A stretch of 64,000 nt of DNA from Clostridiaceae bacterium. GTDB taxonomy: Bacteria > Bacillota > Clostridia > DUPQ01. The stretch covers positions 26,709-90,708 of the forward strand of contig DUPQ01000074.1 of the NCBI GenBank assembly GCA_012838235.1. Direction: 5' to 3'. This document shows positions 63,861-64,000 of the stretch, piece by piece (positions within the stretch are counted from its first letter, which is position 1; each line of letters begins with the position of its first letter). The translations under genes were made by a program, and so were the position numbers. The notes under the pieces were generated by a model that searched no databases, was not told the DNA's origin, and was given only the letters and a program-made list of their open reading frames with translations.

Positions 63861-64000
63861 AGCTGCCGTTATAGGTCGTCATGACGACATACTGGCTTTT
63901 AAAGCCGTGGGATTGACGGTATATGATGTAGAAGAATCCGCCTTCAGTGAAATAGTAAAGACACTGGAGAGGCAGCAATACGCGGTTATATTCGTAACCG
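63853..64000 (+). CDS. V-type ATP synthase subunit F, N-terminal part (runs off the window end)
   Basis: The ATG at 63853 overlaps the end of ntpC. MYKAAVIGRHDDILAFKAVGLTVYDV... is typical of subunit F. Confidence 0.75.
   Translation, partial: MYKAAVIGRHDDILAFKAVGLTVYDVEESAFSEIVKTLERQQYAVIFVT

Overview
This is a 64-kb chromosomal segment from a low-GC Firmicute, probably Clostridia. That placement rests on gene order: rho-rpmE-DUF1385-prmC, the L20-leader-infC-rpmI-rplT operon, asp23-nusB-xseAB-ispA-dxs, pfp-fba, and a V-type ATPase operon (G/H-I-K-E-C-F). Most of the window is densely packed housekeeping genes, broken up by several accessory islets.

(1) 30.8-34.3 kb, minus strand: a tightly coupled three-gene operon. 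It encodes a MotA/ExbB-like channel protein with a roughly 300-aa helical cytoplasmic tail, a MotB/OmpA-like protein with a long coiled-coil stalk, and an uncharacterised all-helical 300-aa protein. The context is not flagellar, and the architecture resembles Zorya ZorA/ZorB without any recognisable Zorya effector. I consider this the best candidate for an undescribed system.

(2) 50.9-59.5 kb, downstream of a stand-alone tRNA-Trp: three paralogous AAA+/DUF4143-type ATPases. Each is preceded by its own 23- or 33-bp tandem direct-repeat array that abuts an extended -10 promoter. The same stretch holds a nonsense-inactivated XRE regulator, an orphan near-consensus promoter with a mini-ORF, a secreted ferritin-like protein and a two-component system.

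(3) 1-5.3 kb: a cysS / glycyl-radical activase / glycyl-radical enzyme (GRE) / FGGY kinase operon. The GRE has a non-canonical glycine loop.

(4) 10.7-15 kb: an orphan TadE/TadG-like pseudopilin trio followed by a patatin-like phospholipase.

(5) An intact IS30-family element with perfect 30-bp inverted repeats and a 14-bp flanking direct repeat, inserted exactly at the rho stop codon.

(6) A small islet encoding a hypothetical protein and a Fic protein.

I saw no CRISPR array, rRNA gene or prophage. All functional calls come from reading motifs by eye; no database searches were run.
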